From an uncultured Thiothrix sp. (lineage in GTDB: Bacteria > Pseudomonadota > Gammaproteobacteria > Poriferisulfidales > GCA-002705445): a DNA stretch of 64,000 bases. The notes under the pieces are model-generated. The model did not search any database. It had not been told where the DNA came from and saw only the letters and a list, made by a program, of their open reading frames with translations. Both the position numbers and the translations under genes were made by a program. Shown here one piece after another: positions 39,138 through 49,909 of this stretch. The stretch spans positions 36,465 to 100,464 of the forward strand of contig CACEJE010000001.1 of NCBI GenBank assembly GCA_902559815.1. The letters run 5' to 3'. The number at the start of each line of letters is the position of its first letter. The stretch's first letter is position 1.

Positions 39138-40280
39138 CTATTTAAACAACCTCTGGTGCTCTTGTTGAGCAAATCTATCAGTCATACCAGCAATATAATC
39201 ACATATAACTCTCTCTTTGTGCCCCAAATTAATTTTATCAATATTGTGAGCGCAATATTCTTCTGAAATTAGATTAAGATCATTGTTATATGCTAGAAAT
39301 AGGTCCTTAATAATAACATTAGCTCGATTGGTCATGACCACAACGTCTGGGTGCATATAAAGGTTTTTATATAAAAATTTTTTCAGTTCAATATTTAATC
39401 TTTTTATTTCATCAGAAAAACAAATAAGAGTTTTTTTACAATTTCTAACATCCTCACTCGTAGAAATATTTTCTTTTTTGATTTCTTCATTAGAATTTTT
39501 TATTACATCATTTACTAACATATTTATTATCTTCCTAACAGTTTCACTAACTATTTTTGACTTTGATAATCTTGGATATTTTGCTAACACTTCACTCATT
39601 TGATCATAGAAAATTGGCAAATCTTCGAGCTGTTCTATAAATATTTTTTTTGCTTTTATTCCATCTTGAATATCATGATTATTATAAGCAATTTCATCGC
39701 ATATATTTGTCAACTGAGCTTCTAGTGATGGATTTTTTTTTTCAATAAATCTATTCCCAACAGATCCTAATTTTTTTGCAAGAGACAAACTACATCTTTT
39801 TAATATTCCTTCCCTAGTTTCAAAGCATAGATTTATGCCTGGAAAGTTTGCATATTGATTCTCTAATTTATCAATTATTCTTAGTGATTGAATATTATGT
39901 TCAAAACCACCAAATTCTTTCATACATTTATTTAATATATCTTGTCCAGCGTGGCCGAATGGTGTGTGCCCTAAATCGTGTGCTAATGATATTGCTTCAG
40001 TCAAGTCCTCATTTATTTTTAATGCCCTCGCAACAGCCCTTGATATTTGGGCAACTTCTATAGTATGAGTAAGCCTAGTTCTATACATATCACCTTCATG
40101 ATTTACAAAAACTTGTGTTTTATATTCAAGTCTCCTAAAAGCTGTAGAATGAATTATTCTTTCACGATCTCTTTGAAATTCTGACCTTAAATTAGGCGGA
40201 TCTTCATTATGAACACGACCTAAGCTTTTTGAAGATTTTAAGGCATAAGAAGCAAGGCGATTTTCAATTTCATTGGGCAT
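39138..40280 (-). CDS. dGTPase-like deoxyguanosinetriphosphate triphosphohydrolase family protein (HD domain)
   Basis: 380 aa. RSEFQRDRERIIHSTAFRRLEYKTQVF, THTIEV and LAHDLGHTPFGHAG. Confidence 0.82.
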   Translation of the reverse strand: MPNEIENRLASYALKSSKSLGRVHNEDPPNLRSEFQRDRERIIHSTAFRRLEYKTQVFVNHEGDMYRTRLTHTIEVAQISRAVARALKINEDLTEAISLAHDLGHTPFGHAGQDILNKCMKEFGGFEHNIQSLRIIDKLENQYANFPGINLCFETREGILKRCSLSLAKKLGSVGNRFIEKKNPSLEAQLTNICDEIAYNNHDIQDGIKAKKIFIEQLEDLPIFYDQMSEVLAKYPRLSKSKIVSETVRKIINMLVNDVIKNSNEEIKKENISTSEDVRNCKKTLICFSDEIKRLNIELKKFLYKNLYMHPDVVVMTNRANVIIKDLFLAYNNDLNLISEEYCAHNIDKINLGHKERVICDYIAGMTDRFAQQEHQRLFK

Positions 40281-41340
40281 GATTTTTTAATGCTTTCATA
40301 ACCATAGACTTTTTAATCTCATTAGTTATGTATGCACTTCCAATATTTTTAGGAAGAACAAAAACAATTTTATTGTTCTTAACTTTTTTATCTAATAGCA
40401 TTGTTTTATAAAGTTTTTCTAAATTTATATTTTTGGGTAATTTTATAGGTAATTTAAATATTTTTAAAATTTTTTTGATTTCCTCATATTCTGTATTTGT
40501 CATTATTTTTTTTTGTATTGAAATGTCAGCGGCTATGAGAAAGCCACAAGCTATTGCTTCGCCATGTAACCATTTTCCATAACCAAGATTATTTTCTATA
40601 GCATGCCCAAAGGTGTGCCCTAAATTCAATAATGCGCGAATGTTTTTCTCTTTTTCATCTAGAGCAACTATGTCCGCTTTTATTTGGCAAGATTTTTTGA
40701 TAATTTTTATTATGCTTTCAGTATTTAAGTTTTTAATATTTTCATGCTCTTTTAATATCCATTTAAAAAATATTTTATCCTTGATAATTCCGTATTTTAC
40801 TACTTCAGCCATGCCAGCGTTAAATTGTCTTTCAGATAAAGTTTTTAAAATTTCTGTATCGGCAATAACCGCACTAGGCTGATGAAAAGAACCAATCATA
40901 TTTTTACCTAGAGTATGATTAATACCTGTTTTACCCCCTACAGATGAGTCAACCATTGCAAGCAAAGTAGTTGGTATTTGTATAAACTTAATGCCTCGTT
41001 GATAGGTTGAAGCAGCGAAGCCTGTGATATCGCCAATAACCCCACCACCGAAAGCAATTAAAGCACTATCTCTAGAAAAATTGTTTTTTAGCAAATAGTT
41101 ATGAATTTTTGTAATACTTTCTTGATTTTTATATTTTTCGCCATCTGGCAAAATTATATTTTCTTTTTTTAATATATTATTTTTAAGATTCTTAAAGTGT
41201 AAAGCTTTAATTTTATTGTTTGTAATAAGAGCAATCTTTTTTTCTTTAATAGCAAGATATAGTTTTTTATTAGATAGAATATTTTTTCCAATAAAAATAG
41301 GGTATGAATTTTCTTTTAGCTTAACAATTATTTTTTTCAT
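40270..41340 (-). CDS. aroB: 3-dehydroquinate synthase
   Basis: 356 aa. GGGVIGDITGFAA, DSSVGGKTGIN and LNLGHTFGHAIE. Confidence 0.9.
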   Translation of the reverse strand: MKKIIVKLKENSYPIFIGKNILSNKKLYLAIKEKKIALITNNKIKALHFKNLKNNILKKENIILPDGEKYKNQESITKIHNYLLKNNFSRDSALIAFGGGVIGDITGFAASTYQRGIKFIQIPTTLLAMVDSSVGGKTGINHTLGKNMIGSFHQPSAVIADTEILKTLSERQFNAGMAEVVKYGIIKDKIFFKWILKEHENIKNLNTESIIKIIKKSCQIKADIVALDEKEKNIRALLNLGHTFGHAIENNLGYGKWLHGEAIACGFLIAADISIQKKIMTNTEYEEIKKILKIFKLPIKLPKNINLEKLYKTMLLDKKVKNNKIVFVLPKNIGSAYITNEIKKSMVMKALKNHAQ

Positions 41341-41848
41341 ATTCCTGAATAATAATTTTTGATATTTTTACTGTATCATAATTGTCAGTATTTATTTTAG
41401 TATTTGCTATTTCTTTATAATACATTTGTCTCTCTTTAATTAAACTAGTAATTTTTTCCTCAGCATTTACATTGTTTATTAAAGGTCTGTTTTTATCATT
41501 TTCAGTTCGATAGACTAATTCTTTGATGCTTGCTATCAAATAAACAACAAATCCCATTTTTTCAATTATTTTACGATTTTGCTCTAGCAATATTATACCC
41601 CCGCCAGTACCAATAACTGATTTCTTGCAAGATGAAATTTCGTTTAAAATTTTAGACTCTCTTTTTCTAAAACCTTCTTCGCCCTCATGCTCAAATATTG
41701 TGCTTATATCTACCCCTGTCTTTTCCTCAATTAATTGATCAGTATCAATGAAATCAAATTTCATCATTTTTGATAATTTTTTGCCAATAGAGCTCTTTCC
41801 AGAACCCATTGGACCGATTAAAATTATATTGTTCCTATGTTTAGACAA
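41321..41848 (-). CDS. aroK: shikimate kinase
   Basis: 175 aa. Walker A LIGPMGSGKSSIGK, FRKRE and GTGGG. Confidence 0.88.
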   Translation of the reverse strand: MSKHRNNIILIGPMGSGKSSIGKKLSKMMKFDFIDTDQLIEEKTGVDISTIFEHEGEEGFRKRESKILNEISSCKKSVIGTGGGIILLEQNRKIIEKMGFVVYLIASIKELVYRTENDKNRPLINNVNAEEKITSLIKERQMYYKEIANTKINTDNYDTVKISKIIIQEYEKNNC

Positions 41849-41912
41849 GATAAATTTTGTTTTTATAGTATTATATAGATATTAACAAGAAACTTTATTG
41901 CTACCAACAAGT

Positions 41913-44369
41913 ATGAGTATATTTCTTAAAAAAGCCTTAAAACCAACCTATTTTATAATTGGTTTAATTGTTGCGTCACTTTTAACATTTTATATTGTTT
42001 TAGCTAGCAGTTTACCCTCGGTTGAAGAAATACTTGATATGAGGATGCAAATACCAATGCGAGTATATACTCAAGATAAAAAATTGATAGCCGTTTATGG
42101 TGAAAAAAAGAGAATTCCGGTGACTTTTGAAGAGATACCAAATGATTTAAAAAATGCATTTATCGCGGCAGAGGATAACAGGTTTTATAATCATAGCGGT
42201 GTTGATTATCTGGGCTTATTAAGAGCATTTAAAAGCTTCATAACAACAGGCAAAGTTACTCAAGGTGGAAGCACAATTACAATGCAAGTTGCTAGAAACT
42301 TTTATTTAACAAGAGAAAAAAAAATTATTCGTAAGTTAAGAGAAATTCTCCTAGCATATAAAATGGAGAGAAATTTAAGTAAAGAAAGAATTTTTGAACT
42401 CTATATGAATAAAATTTATCTTGGTCATAGATCATATGGAGTCGCAGCTGCTTCACAAGTATATTATGGGAAAAGACTAGAAGATTTAACTTTAGCCCAA
42501 ATGGCAATGATTGCTGGTTTGCCTAAAGCGCCTTCAAAATATAATCCAATCTCTAACGAAAAGAGAGCTCTTCAAAGAAGAGATTATGTCTTAAGAAGAA
42601 TGTCAGAAAATAATTTTATATCAAAGGAAGAGTACGTAACTGCTTATCTTTCTCCTGTATCTGCTAAGTTAAACACTGCAAGCATAGAATTGAGAGCACC
42701 ATATGTAGCTGAAATGGTAAGAGCGCAAATGGAAGAAAGATTTGGGAACGACGCTTATATACTAGGTTACGATGTTTTTACAACTGTAGATAGTAAATTA
42801 CAGGAGGCAGCAAGACAATCATTAAGAAAAAATATTGAAAAATATGATATTCGACACGGGTACAGAGGCCCTGAAGGAAAGATAAATTATGGTAAATTAT
42901 TAAATTCTGATCTTGAATATGATTTAGAAATTTCAAAAAAAAATATTTCTAAATTCTTAAATAGCTACTATGAGATTAATAAGAATGTCCCAGCAGTAGT
43001 TTTAAATGTAGATAAATATTCTATAAAAGTATATTCAAAATATAACAAGCTAATAGATATTCATATAGATGATATTTTGATAAAAAATCAGTACTTTGAT
43101 GTTAATTATAGGAAAAAAATTAAGAATTTTTATTCTGTTTTATCAATTGGAGATGTAATAAGAATAAAGGAAGTAAATAATAAGTGGAAATTATCTCAGG
43201 TACCCAATGTAAATGGGGCTTTAGTTTCAATTGATTCTAATAGTGGAGCAATCTCCGCTTTATCTGGTGGGTATGATTTTAGAATAAGTAAATTTAATAG
43301 AGTTACTCAAGCAAAAAGACAGCCAGGTTCTAGTTTCAAACCGTTTATTTACTCAGCGGCATTAAACAAAGGATATACTCCTGCCTCTATAATAAACGAC
43401 GCACCAAAAGTATTTAAAGAAAATACAGTTAGTGGGGCTTGGAGGCCAAAAAATTATGGTGGGAAATTTTATGGTTTTACAAGACTGCGTTATGGTTTAG
43501 CAAAATCTATAAATATGATCTCAATAAGATTATTAGATAGTATTGGAATAAATTATACTTTAAATTATGCAAAAAACTTTGCTTTACCTACTGAAAAATT
43601 TCCAAAAGACTTAACTTTAGCTTTAGGTAGTGGCGAAATTACTCCTCTAGAGTTGGCTCAATCTTATGCATATTTTTCAAATGGAGGTTATGGAATTCAG
43701 CCTTATTTAATTGAGCAAGTAAGGAAAAGAAATAATGAAATTATTTATGTTGAAAATCCTATAAGAGTATGTAGCAATCCTTGTGACTATGTAAGTTTAG
43801 ATACTTTGCAATTTCCTTCGGCTAAATCTGTTGAAGAAGTTCAAGAGTTAAGAGAAATAGCTGGTTTACCAAGATTTTCAATGCAAACACTTGACCCAAG
43901 AAATATTTATCAGATGGTAAGTATAATGAAAGACGTAGTGAAATATGGAACAGCTAAGAGAGCGAAAGTTCTTAAAAGAAGTGACATCGCAGGGAAAACA
44001 GGAACTACAAATGATCAAAAGGATGCTTGGTTCAGCGGGTTTAATAGAGATATTGTTGCAGTAAGTTTTTTAGGTTTTGATGATCATTCTTCGCTTGGTA
44101 AAAAAGAATTTGGAAGCACAGCGGCTTTACCAATGTGGATTGATTACATGAAAGTAGCATTAAAAGGAAAGCCTATTGCAAATTTAGATGAACCAGATGG
44201 TTTAGTAAGCGCTAAGATTGATAGCAAAAATGGTTTATTAGCTTCTCCTGATTCAAAAAATTCCATAATCGAAGTTTTTAGAAAAGAAAATGTTCCTAAA
44301 ACTTTTAGTAAAGATAATAAAATTATAAATAAAAACGAGGAAGAGGTTGAAATAGAAAAACTATTTTAA
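41913..44369 (+). CDS. mrcA: penicillin-binding protein 1A (bifunctional transglycosylase/transpeptidase)
   Basis: GT51 motifs EDNRFYNHSGVD and GGSTITMQ. Transpeptidase motifs SSFKP (SxxK) and KTGTT. The ATG at 41913 is preferred over the TTG at 41898. Confidence 0.9.
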   Translation: MSIFLKKALKPTYFIIGLIVASLLTFYIVLASSLPSVEEILDMRMQIPMRVYTQDKKLIAVYGEKKRIPVTFEEIPNDLKNAFIAAEDNRFYNHSGVDYLGLLRAFKSFITTGKVTQGGSTITMQVARNFYLTREKKIIRKLREILLAYKMERNLSKERIFELYMNKIYLGHRSYGVAAASQVYYGKRLEDLTLAQMAMIAGLPKAPSKYNPISNEKRALQRRDYVLRRMSENNFISKEEYVTAYLSPVSAKLNTASIELRAPYVAEMVRAQMEERFGNDAYILGYDVFTTVDSKLQEAARQSLRKNIEKYDIRHGYRGPEGKINYGKLLNSDLEYDLEISKKNISKFLNSYYEINKNVPAVVLNVDKYSIKVYSKYNKLIDIHIDDILIKNQYFDVNYRKKIKNFYSVLSIGDVIRIKEVNNKWKLSQVPNVNGALVSIDSNSGAISALSGGYDFRISKFNRVTQAKRQPGSSFKPFIYSAALNKGYTPASIINDAPKVFKENTVSGAWRPKNYGGKFYGFTRLRYGLAKSINMISIRLLDSIGINYTLNYAKNFALPTEKFPKDLTLALGSGEITPLELAQSYAYFSNGGYGIQPYLIEQVRKRNNEIIYVENPIRVCSNPCDYVSLDTLQFPSAKSVEEVQELREIAGLPRFSMQTLDPRNIYQMVSIMKDVVKYGTAKRAKVLKRSDIAGKTGTTNDQKDAWFSGFNRDIVAVSFLGFDDHSSLGKKEFGSTAALPMWIDYMKVALKGKPIANLDEPDGLVSAKIDSKNGLLASPDSKNSIIEVFRKENVPKTFSKDNKIINKNEEEVEIEKLF

Positions 44370-45433
44370 TTCTGATGATATCTTTTACTATACTCTTTTA
44401 CATGGTTTATTAAAAATTCTAAATTATCTGGGTCAACATATTGATCAATTCCGTGTCCTAAATTAAAAATATGTTTGTGGCCAAAACCATAAGAATCCAT
44501 AACTTTGCTTGCTGCATTTTTAATGGATTCTTTTGTGCCATGAAGAGCGCAAGGATCTAAATTACCTTGCAAGCATATGTTTTCACCAACAGTTTTACGT
44601 GCCGCTGATAATTCCACTGTCCAATCTAAACCAATTGCATCACAACCAGAATCTGTAATTTGTTTTAACCAATTACCACCACCTTTAGTAAAAAGTATAA
44701 CTGGGATTTTTTTTGTTAACTCGTTTTTTCTTAATTTTTCTATTATTTTTTTCATTGGATCAAGAGAAAAATTTATATAATTTTCGGTATTAAGTAATCC
44801 TCCCCAAGAGTCAAAAATCATTAATATATTAGCCCCTGCTTTAACCTGCATTATTAGATAATTAGAAATAGCATTAACTAATTTTTGGTTTAAAGTTTGT
44901 AACATTTTTTTGTCATTATAGATTTTTGATCTAACTTTTCTAAACTCTTTTGTTGCCGAACCTTCAATCATATAGGTTGATAACGTCCAGGGGCTTCCTG
45001 AAAATCCTATAAGTGGAATTTCGTTATTTAATTTTTTTTTAGTTTCAATAATAGCTTCAGACACGTAATTCAATTTTGTATCTATGTCATTATCATTAAG
45101 ATTTTGTACATTGGAAATGTCATCGAGAGGATTGTCAAAATATGGTCCATGATTATCTTTAAATTTTAACTCTAGCCCCATTGCATCAGGAATAGTAAGG
45201 ATGTCAGAAAATATTATGGCTGCATCAAGATTAAATCTTTCAATTGGCTGCAAAGTAACTTCGGATGCAAGATCAGGAGATTTGCATAGATTTATAAAAC
45301 TGCCTGCTTTTTTTCTAGTTTTTTTATACTCTGGCAGATATCTTCCAGCTTGACGCATAATCCAAACCGGAGTTCTATCAACAGGAGAACCCTTTAATAC
45401 ATCTAATATTCTTGTATTTTTGATTTGGCCCAT
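44366..45433 (-). CDS. hemE: uroporphyrinogen decarboxylase
   Basis: 355 aa. PVWIMRQAGRYLPEY and IIFSDIL are URO-D signatures. Confidence 0.9.
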   Translation of the reverse strand: MGQIKNTRILDVLKGSPVDRTPVWIMRQAGRYLPEYKKTRKKAGSFINLCKSPDLASEVTLQPIERFNLDAAIIFSDILTIPDAMGLELKFKDNHGPYFDNPLDDISNVQNLNDNDIDTKLNYVSEAIIETKKKLNNEIPLIGFSGSPWTLSTYMIEGSATKEFRKVRSKIYNDKKMLQTLNQKLVNAISNYLIMQVKAGANILMIFDSWGGLLNTENYINFSLDPMKKIIEKLRKNELTKKIPVILFTKGGGNWLKQITDSGCDAIGLDWTVELSAARKTVGENICLQGNLDPCALHGTKESIKNAASKVMDSYGFGHKHIFNLGHGIDQYVDPDNLEFLINHVKEYSKRYHQN

Positions 45434-45436
45434 TAT

Positions 45437-46849
<1,413 letters not shown>

Positions 46850-46889
46850 CTATGAATGCTGATACTTTGATATTATTTATATTTGAAAA

Positions 46890-47357
46890 TTAAGATAGTT
46901 TTTCTTTAACAAATTTACTAGCAAAGCCCATGTCTGCGCGATTATTTGAGCGTTTTTTTAATTCACCCATCACTTGACCTATTTGGCTCATTTGGCTGAT
47001 TGATTTCTCTTTCATAATATCTTCAATCATTTTTTGAACTTCTTCTAAAGTCATTTCTTCTGGCAAGTACTCTTTAAAAACTGACAATTCATATTCTTCT
47101 TGTTCCGCTAAATCTTTTCTGTCAGCTTCTATATAATGAGTAAGAGATTCTTTACTTTTTTTAGATAATTTTTTTAATATTTCAAAAATATTTTCGTTAG
47201 TTAATTCTTGTCTAGTTTCAACTTCTTTATCGAGTATTGCCGAAAGGATTAATTTGAGGGCGCCAAGACGTTTTTTGTCACCACTTTTCATTGAAGATTT
47301 TTTATCTTCAGTGATTTTATTTTTTAATGAGGAATTATTAGATTCTGTATTAGACAT
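46890..47357 (-). CDS. GatB/YqeY domain protein
   Basis: 155 aa. The MKSGDKKRLGALKLILSAI motif is typical of YqeY. Lies downstream of rpsU, as in many bacteria. Confidence 0.75.
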   Translation of the reverse strand: MSNTESNNSSLKNKITEDKKSSMKSGDKKRLGALKLILSAILDKEVETRQELTNENIFEILKKLSKKSKESLTHYIEADRKDLAEQEEYELSVFKEYLPEEMTLEEVQKMIEDIMKEKSISQMSQIGQVMGELKKRSNNRADMGFASKFVKEKLS

Positions 47358-47363
47358 TAAAAA

Positions 47364-47582
47364 TTAATATAATTTAATTCGTCTTCCAGTTGCAGTTCTA
47401 TTTGTTCTTTTGTGAACCCTTTTAACAGCTGCAGCTGCTTTTCTTTTTCTGACAGATGTTGGTTTTTCGTAGAATTCTCTTTTTCTAATTTCAGTTAAAA
47501 CACCAGCTTTTTCACAAGCGCGTCTGAATCTTCTGATCGCTATGTCAAATGGCTCGTTTTCTTTTACTTTAATACTTGGCAT
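47364..47582 (-). CDS. rpsU: 30S ribosomal protein S21
   Basis: 72 aa. [29 protein letters not shown]...REFYEKPT. Confidence 0.92.
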   Translation of the reverse strand: MPSIKVKENEPFDIAIRRFRRACEKAGVLTEIRKREFYEKPTSVRKRKAAAAVKRVHKRTNRTATGRRIKLY

Positions 47583-47658
47583 AATTTACCTTTAATAATT
47601 TAGTGGTGTGATTATACAGTTCTATGCATAAAAATCAAAAAAAATACGTGGGCATATT

Positions 47659-48675
47659 ATGTTAGTTCTTGGCATAGAAACATCTTGTGATGAAACAGGT
47701 TTAGCAATATATGACTCAAAAAAAGGTTTAATTGCTGACGAAGTCTTTAGTCAAATTGACATACATAAGGAATATGGTGGGGTTGTTCCGGAGCTTGCCT
47801 CACGAGATCACGCAGATAGAATATTGCCGTTATTAAAAAAGATTTTAAGAGATTCAGGTAAAGGATTAGATGATATTGATCTGATTGCATATACTGCGGG
47901 GCCAGGTCTCAAAGGGTGTTTGCTTGTTGGGTCTACTTTTGCAAGATCTTTAGCGTACATTATTGATAAACCTATTATTTCCATTAATCATATAGAAGCT
48001 CATTTGCTTGCGCCAATTATGGAATATTCAGATTTATCTTTTCCATTTTTTGGCTTATTAATTTCTGGTGGACATACTATGATTGTTGATGCTAAGGATA
48101 TTGGAATGTACGAAATTATGGGAGAAACACTGGATGATGCGGTAGGTGAAGCGTTTGATAAAACTGCAAAGCTCATAGGGCTCGATTATCCAGGAGGGCC
48201 ATTAATTGAAAAGTTAGCAAAAGAAGGAAATGGTGGAAGTTATAAATTTCCTCGCCCAATTTTAAATCAACCTAATTGTGATTTTAGTTTTAGTGGTTTG
48301 AAAACCCATATAATGTTGACTTGGAAATCATCTGGAAAAACAGATCAAGTAAGAAAAGACATTGCTTTAGAATTACAAAATGCGGTGTGTGATTGCTTAG
48401 TTGGAAAACTTAAGCGCGCACATCAAGAAAAAGGTTATTCGTCTATTGTTATCTCAGGAGGAGTTAGTGCTAATCAATTTATTCGAAATAAGATTGATAA
48501 TTTCGCAGACTCGATTAATGTAAAAGCTTTTTATCCAACTAAAAAATTTTGTACAGATAATGGCGCAATGATAGCCTATGCAGGTTATAAAAAATATGAG
48601 GCTGGGCAAATATATGATTTGCAAGGTGAGGTAAAACCAAGATGGCCGCTAGATGAATTAAATGAACTTATATAA
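47659..48675 (+). CDS. tsaD: tRNA N6-adenosine threonylcarbamoyltransferase
   Basis: 338 aa. LGIETSCDET, HIEAHL and SGGHT. Divergent from rpsU, as in E. coli. Confidence 0.92.
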   Translation: MLVLGIETSCDETGLAIYDSKKGLIADEVFSQIDIHKEYGGVVPELASRDHADRILPLLKKILRDSGKGLDDIDLIAYTAGPGLKGCLLVGSTFARSLAYIIDKPIISINHIEAHLLAPIMEYSDLSFPFFGLLISGGHTMIVDAKDIGMYEIMGETLDDAVGEAFDKTAKLIGLDYPGGPLIEKLAKEGNGGSYKFPRPILNQPNCDFSFSGLKTHIMLTWKSSGKTDQVRKDIALELQNAVCDCLVGKLKRAHQEKGYSSIVISGGVSANQFIRNKIDNFADSINVKAFYPTKKFCTDNGAMIAYAGYKKYEAGQIYDLQGEVKPRWPLDELNELI

Positions 48676-49331
48676 TGGTTAATCAAGATTTCACAAAGCG
48701 CATTGCTATTCATTCAAAAAATGAAATATGGCATAAATCACCATCAGATGGCGTTGAGCGTTTGTATCTTGAAAGAAATGACGGTGGAGAGTCTGCTATT
48801 GCTACATCAATAGTTCGTTTCGCTCCAGGTAGTAAATTTGATGAGCATGTGCATGATGGTGGCGAAGAACTTATTGTCTTAGAGGGAATTTTTTCTGATG
48901 AGTTTGGATCTTACCCAAAAGGTACTTATATAAGAAATCCAATGGGTTCATCCCATAATCCTTATAGTGATTCTGGTTGCGTTATATTTGTAAAGCTTCG
49001 GCAATTTCAGGATGGTGATCAAGAACAAGTTAAAATTAATACAAATAAAGAACCTTGGCTCCCAGGTCTTGTTGATGGTTTATCAGTCATGCCTTTACAT
49101 CATTTTAATACTGAACATGCAGCATTAGTTAAATGGGCTCCAAATACAATATTTAATCCTCATCAGCACTGGGGTGGTGAAGAAATTTTAGTTTTAGAAG
49201 GTGTGTTTCACGATGAGTTTGGTACCTACCCCAAAGGTTCATGGTTGAGAAGTCCTCATTTAAGCCAGCATATGCCTTTTACAAAAGAAGAAGGCGCACT
49301 GATTTTTGTGAAAACAGGGCACTTAAATTAA
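48675..49331 (+). CDS. bicupin protein with ChrR-like cupin repeats
   Basis: 218 aa. It contains two internally homologous halves, HVHDGGEELIVLEGIFSDEFGSYPKGTYIRNP and HQHWGGEEILVLEGVFHDEFGTYPKGSWLRSP. Confidence 0.55.
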   Translation: MVNQDFTKRIAIHSKNEIWHKSPSDGVERLYLERNDGGESAIATSIVRFAPGSKFDEHVHDGGEELIVLEGIFSDEFGSYPKGTYIRNPMGSSHNPYSDSGCVIFVKLRQFQDGDQEQVKINTNKEPWLPGLVDGLSVMPLHHFNTEHAALVKWAPNTIFNPHQHWGGEEILVLEGVFHDEFGTYPKGSWLRSPHLSQHMPFTKEEGALIFVKTGHLN

Positions 49332-49366
49332 TTGACATAACTCAATATTTACAGTACTTTTAGATT

Positions 49367-49906
49367 ATGTACGAAATCAAAAATAAGTCTGTAAAACGTG
49401 GTGGCAAAAGATTAGGTGCTGGGCGCAAGAGTCTCTATGGTGTGCCTACCAAAGCAATTCGTGTTCCAGAGAATATGGTTGCAGAAGTAAGAGATTTTAT
49501 AGAATCACAAAATACAGCTGAATATGAATTACCATTATTTGCTTCAAAAGTAGCTGCCGGCTTTCCTTCGCCTGCCGATGATTTTATGGATACCAAACTT
49601 GATTTAAATAGTCATTTAATTAAAACACCAAGTGCTACATTTTTTGTCCGTGTCTCAGGTGAATCGATGATTAATGCAGGTATTCATGATGGTGATTTAT
49701 TAGTAGTAGACCGTAGTCTTGAACCACAGGTTGGTAAGATTGTAATTGCTGCAATTCAACATGAACTTACTGTTAAGCGTTATGCGAAAATAAACGGTAA
49801 AGTTTATTTAGCGCCAGAGAATGATGCGTATGAACCAATTTTAGTGAGTGAAGAAGATGAAGTCCATATTTGGGGTGTAGTTACTAATGTCATTCATGCG
49901 GTATAA
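49367..49906 (+). CDS. umuD: UmuD-like S24 autopeptidase (Pol V accessory subunit) with N-terminal extension
   Basis: 179 aa. Cleavage-site context VAAGFPSPADD (Ala-Gly), Ser nucleophile SGESM and Lys in LTVKRY. It carries an extra basic N-terminus of about 50 aa (RGGKRLGAGRK). Confidence 0.8.
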   Translation: MYEIKNKSVKRGGKRLGAGRKSLYGVPTKAIRVPENMVAEVRDFIESQNTAEYELPLFASKVAAGFPSPADDFMDTKLDLNSHLIKTPSATFFVRVSGESMINAGIHDGDLLVVDRSLEPQVGKIVIAAIQHELTVKRYAKINGKVYLAPENDAYEPILVSEEDEVHIWGVVTNVIHAV

Positions 49907-49909
49907 CGC

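Noticed and set aside
49332-49366. Possible LexA/SOS box upstream of umuD (…CTCAATATTTACAGTAC…).
   Set aside because: The spacing and half-sites do not fit CTGT-N8-ACAG. Only a lone ACAG half-site is present.
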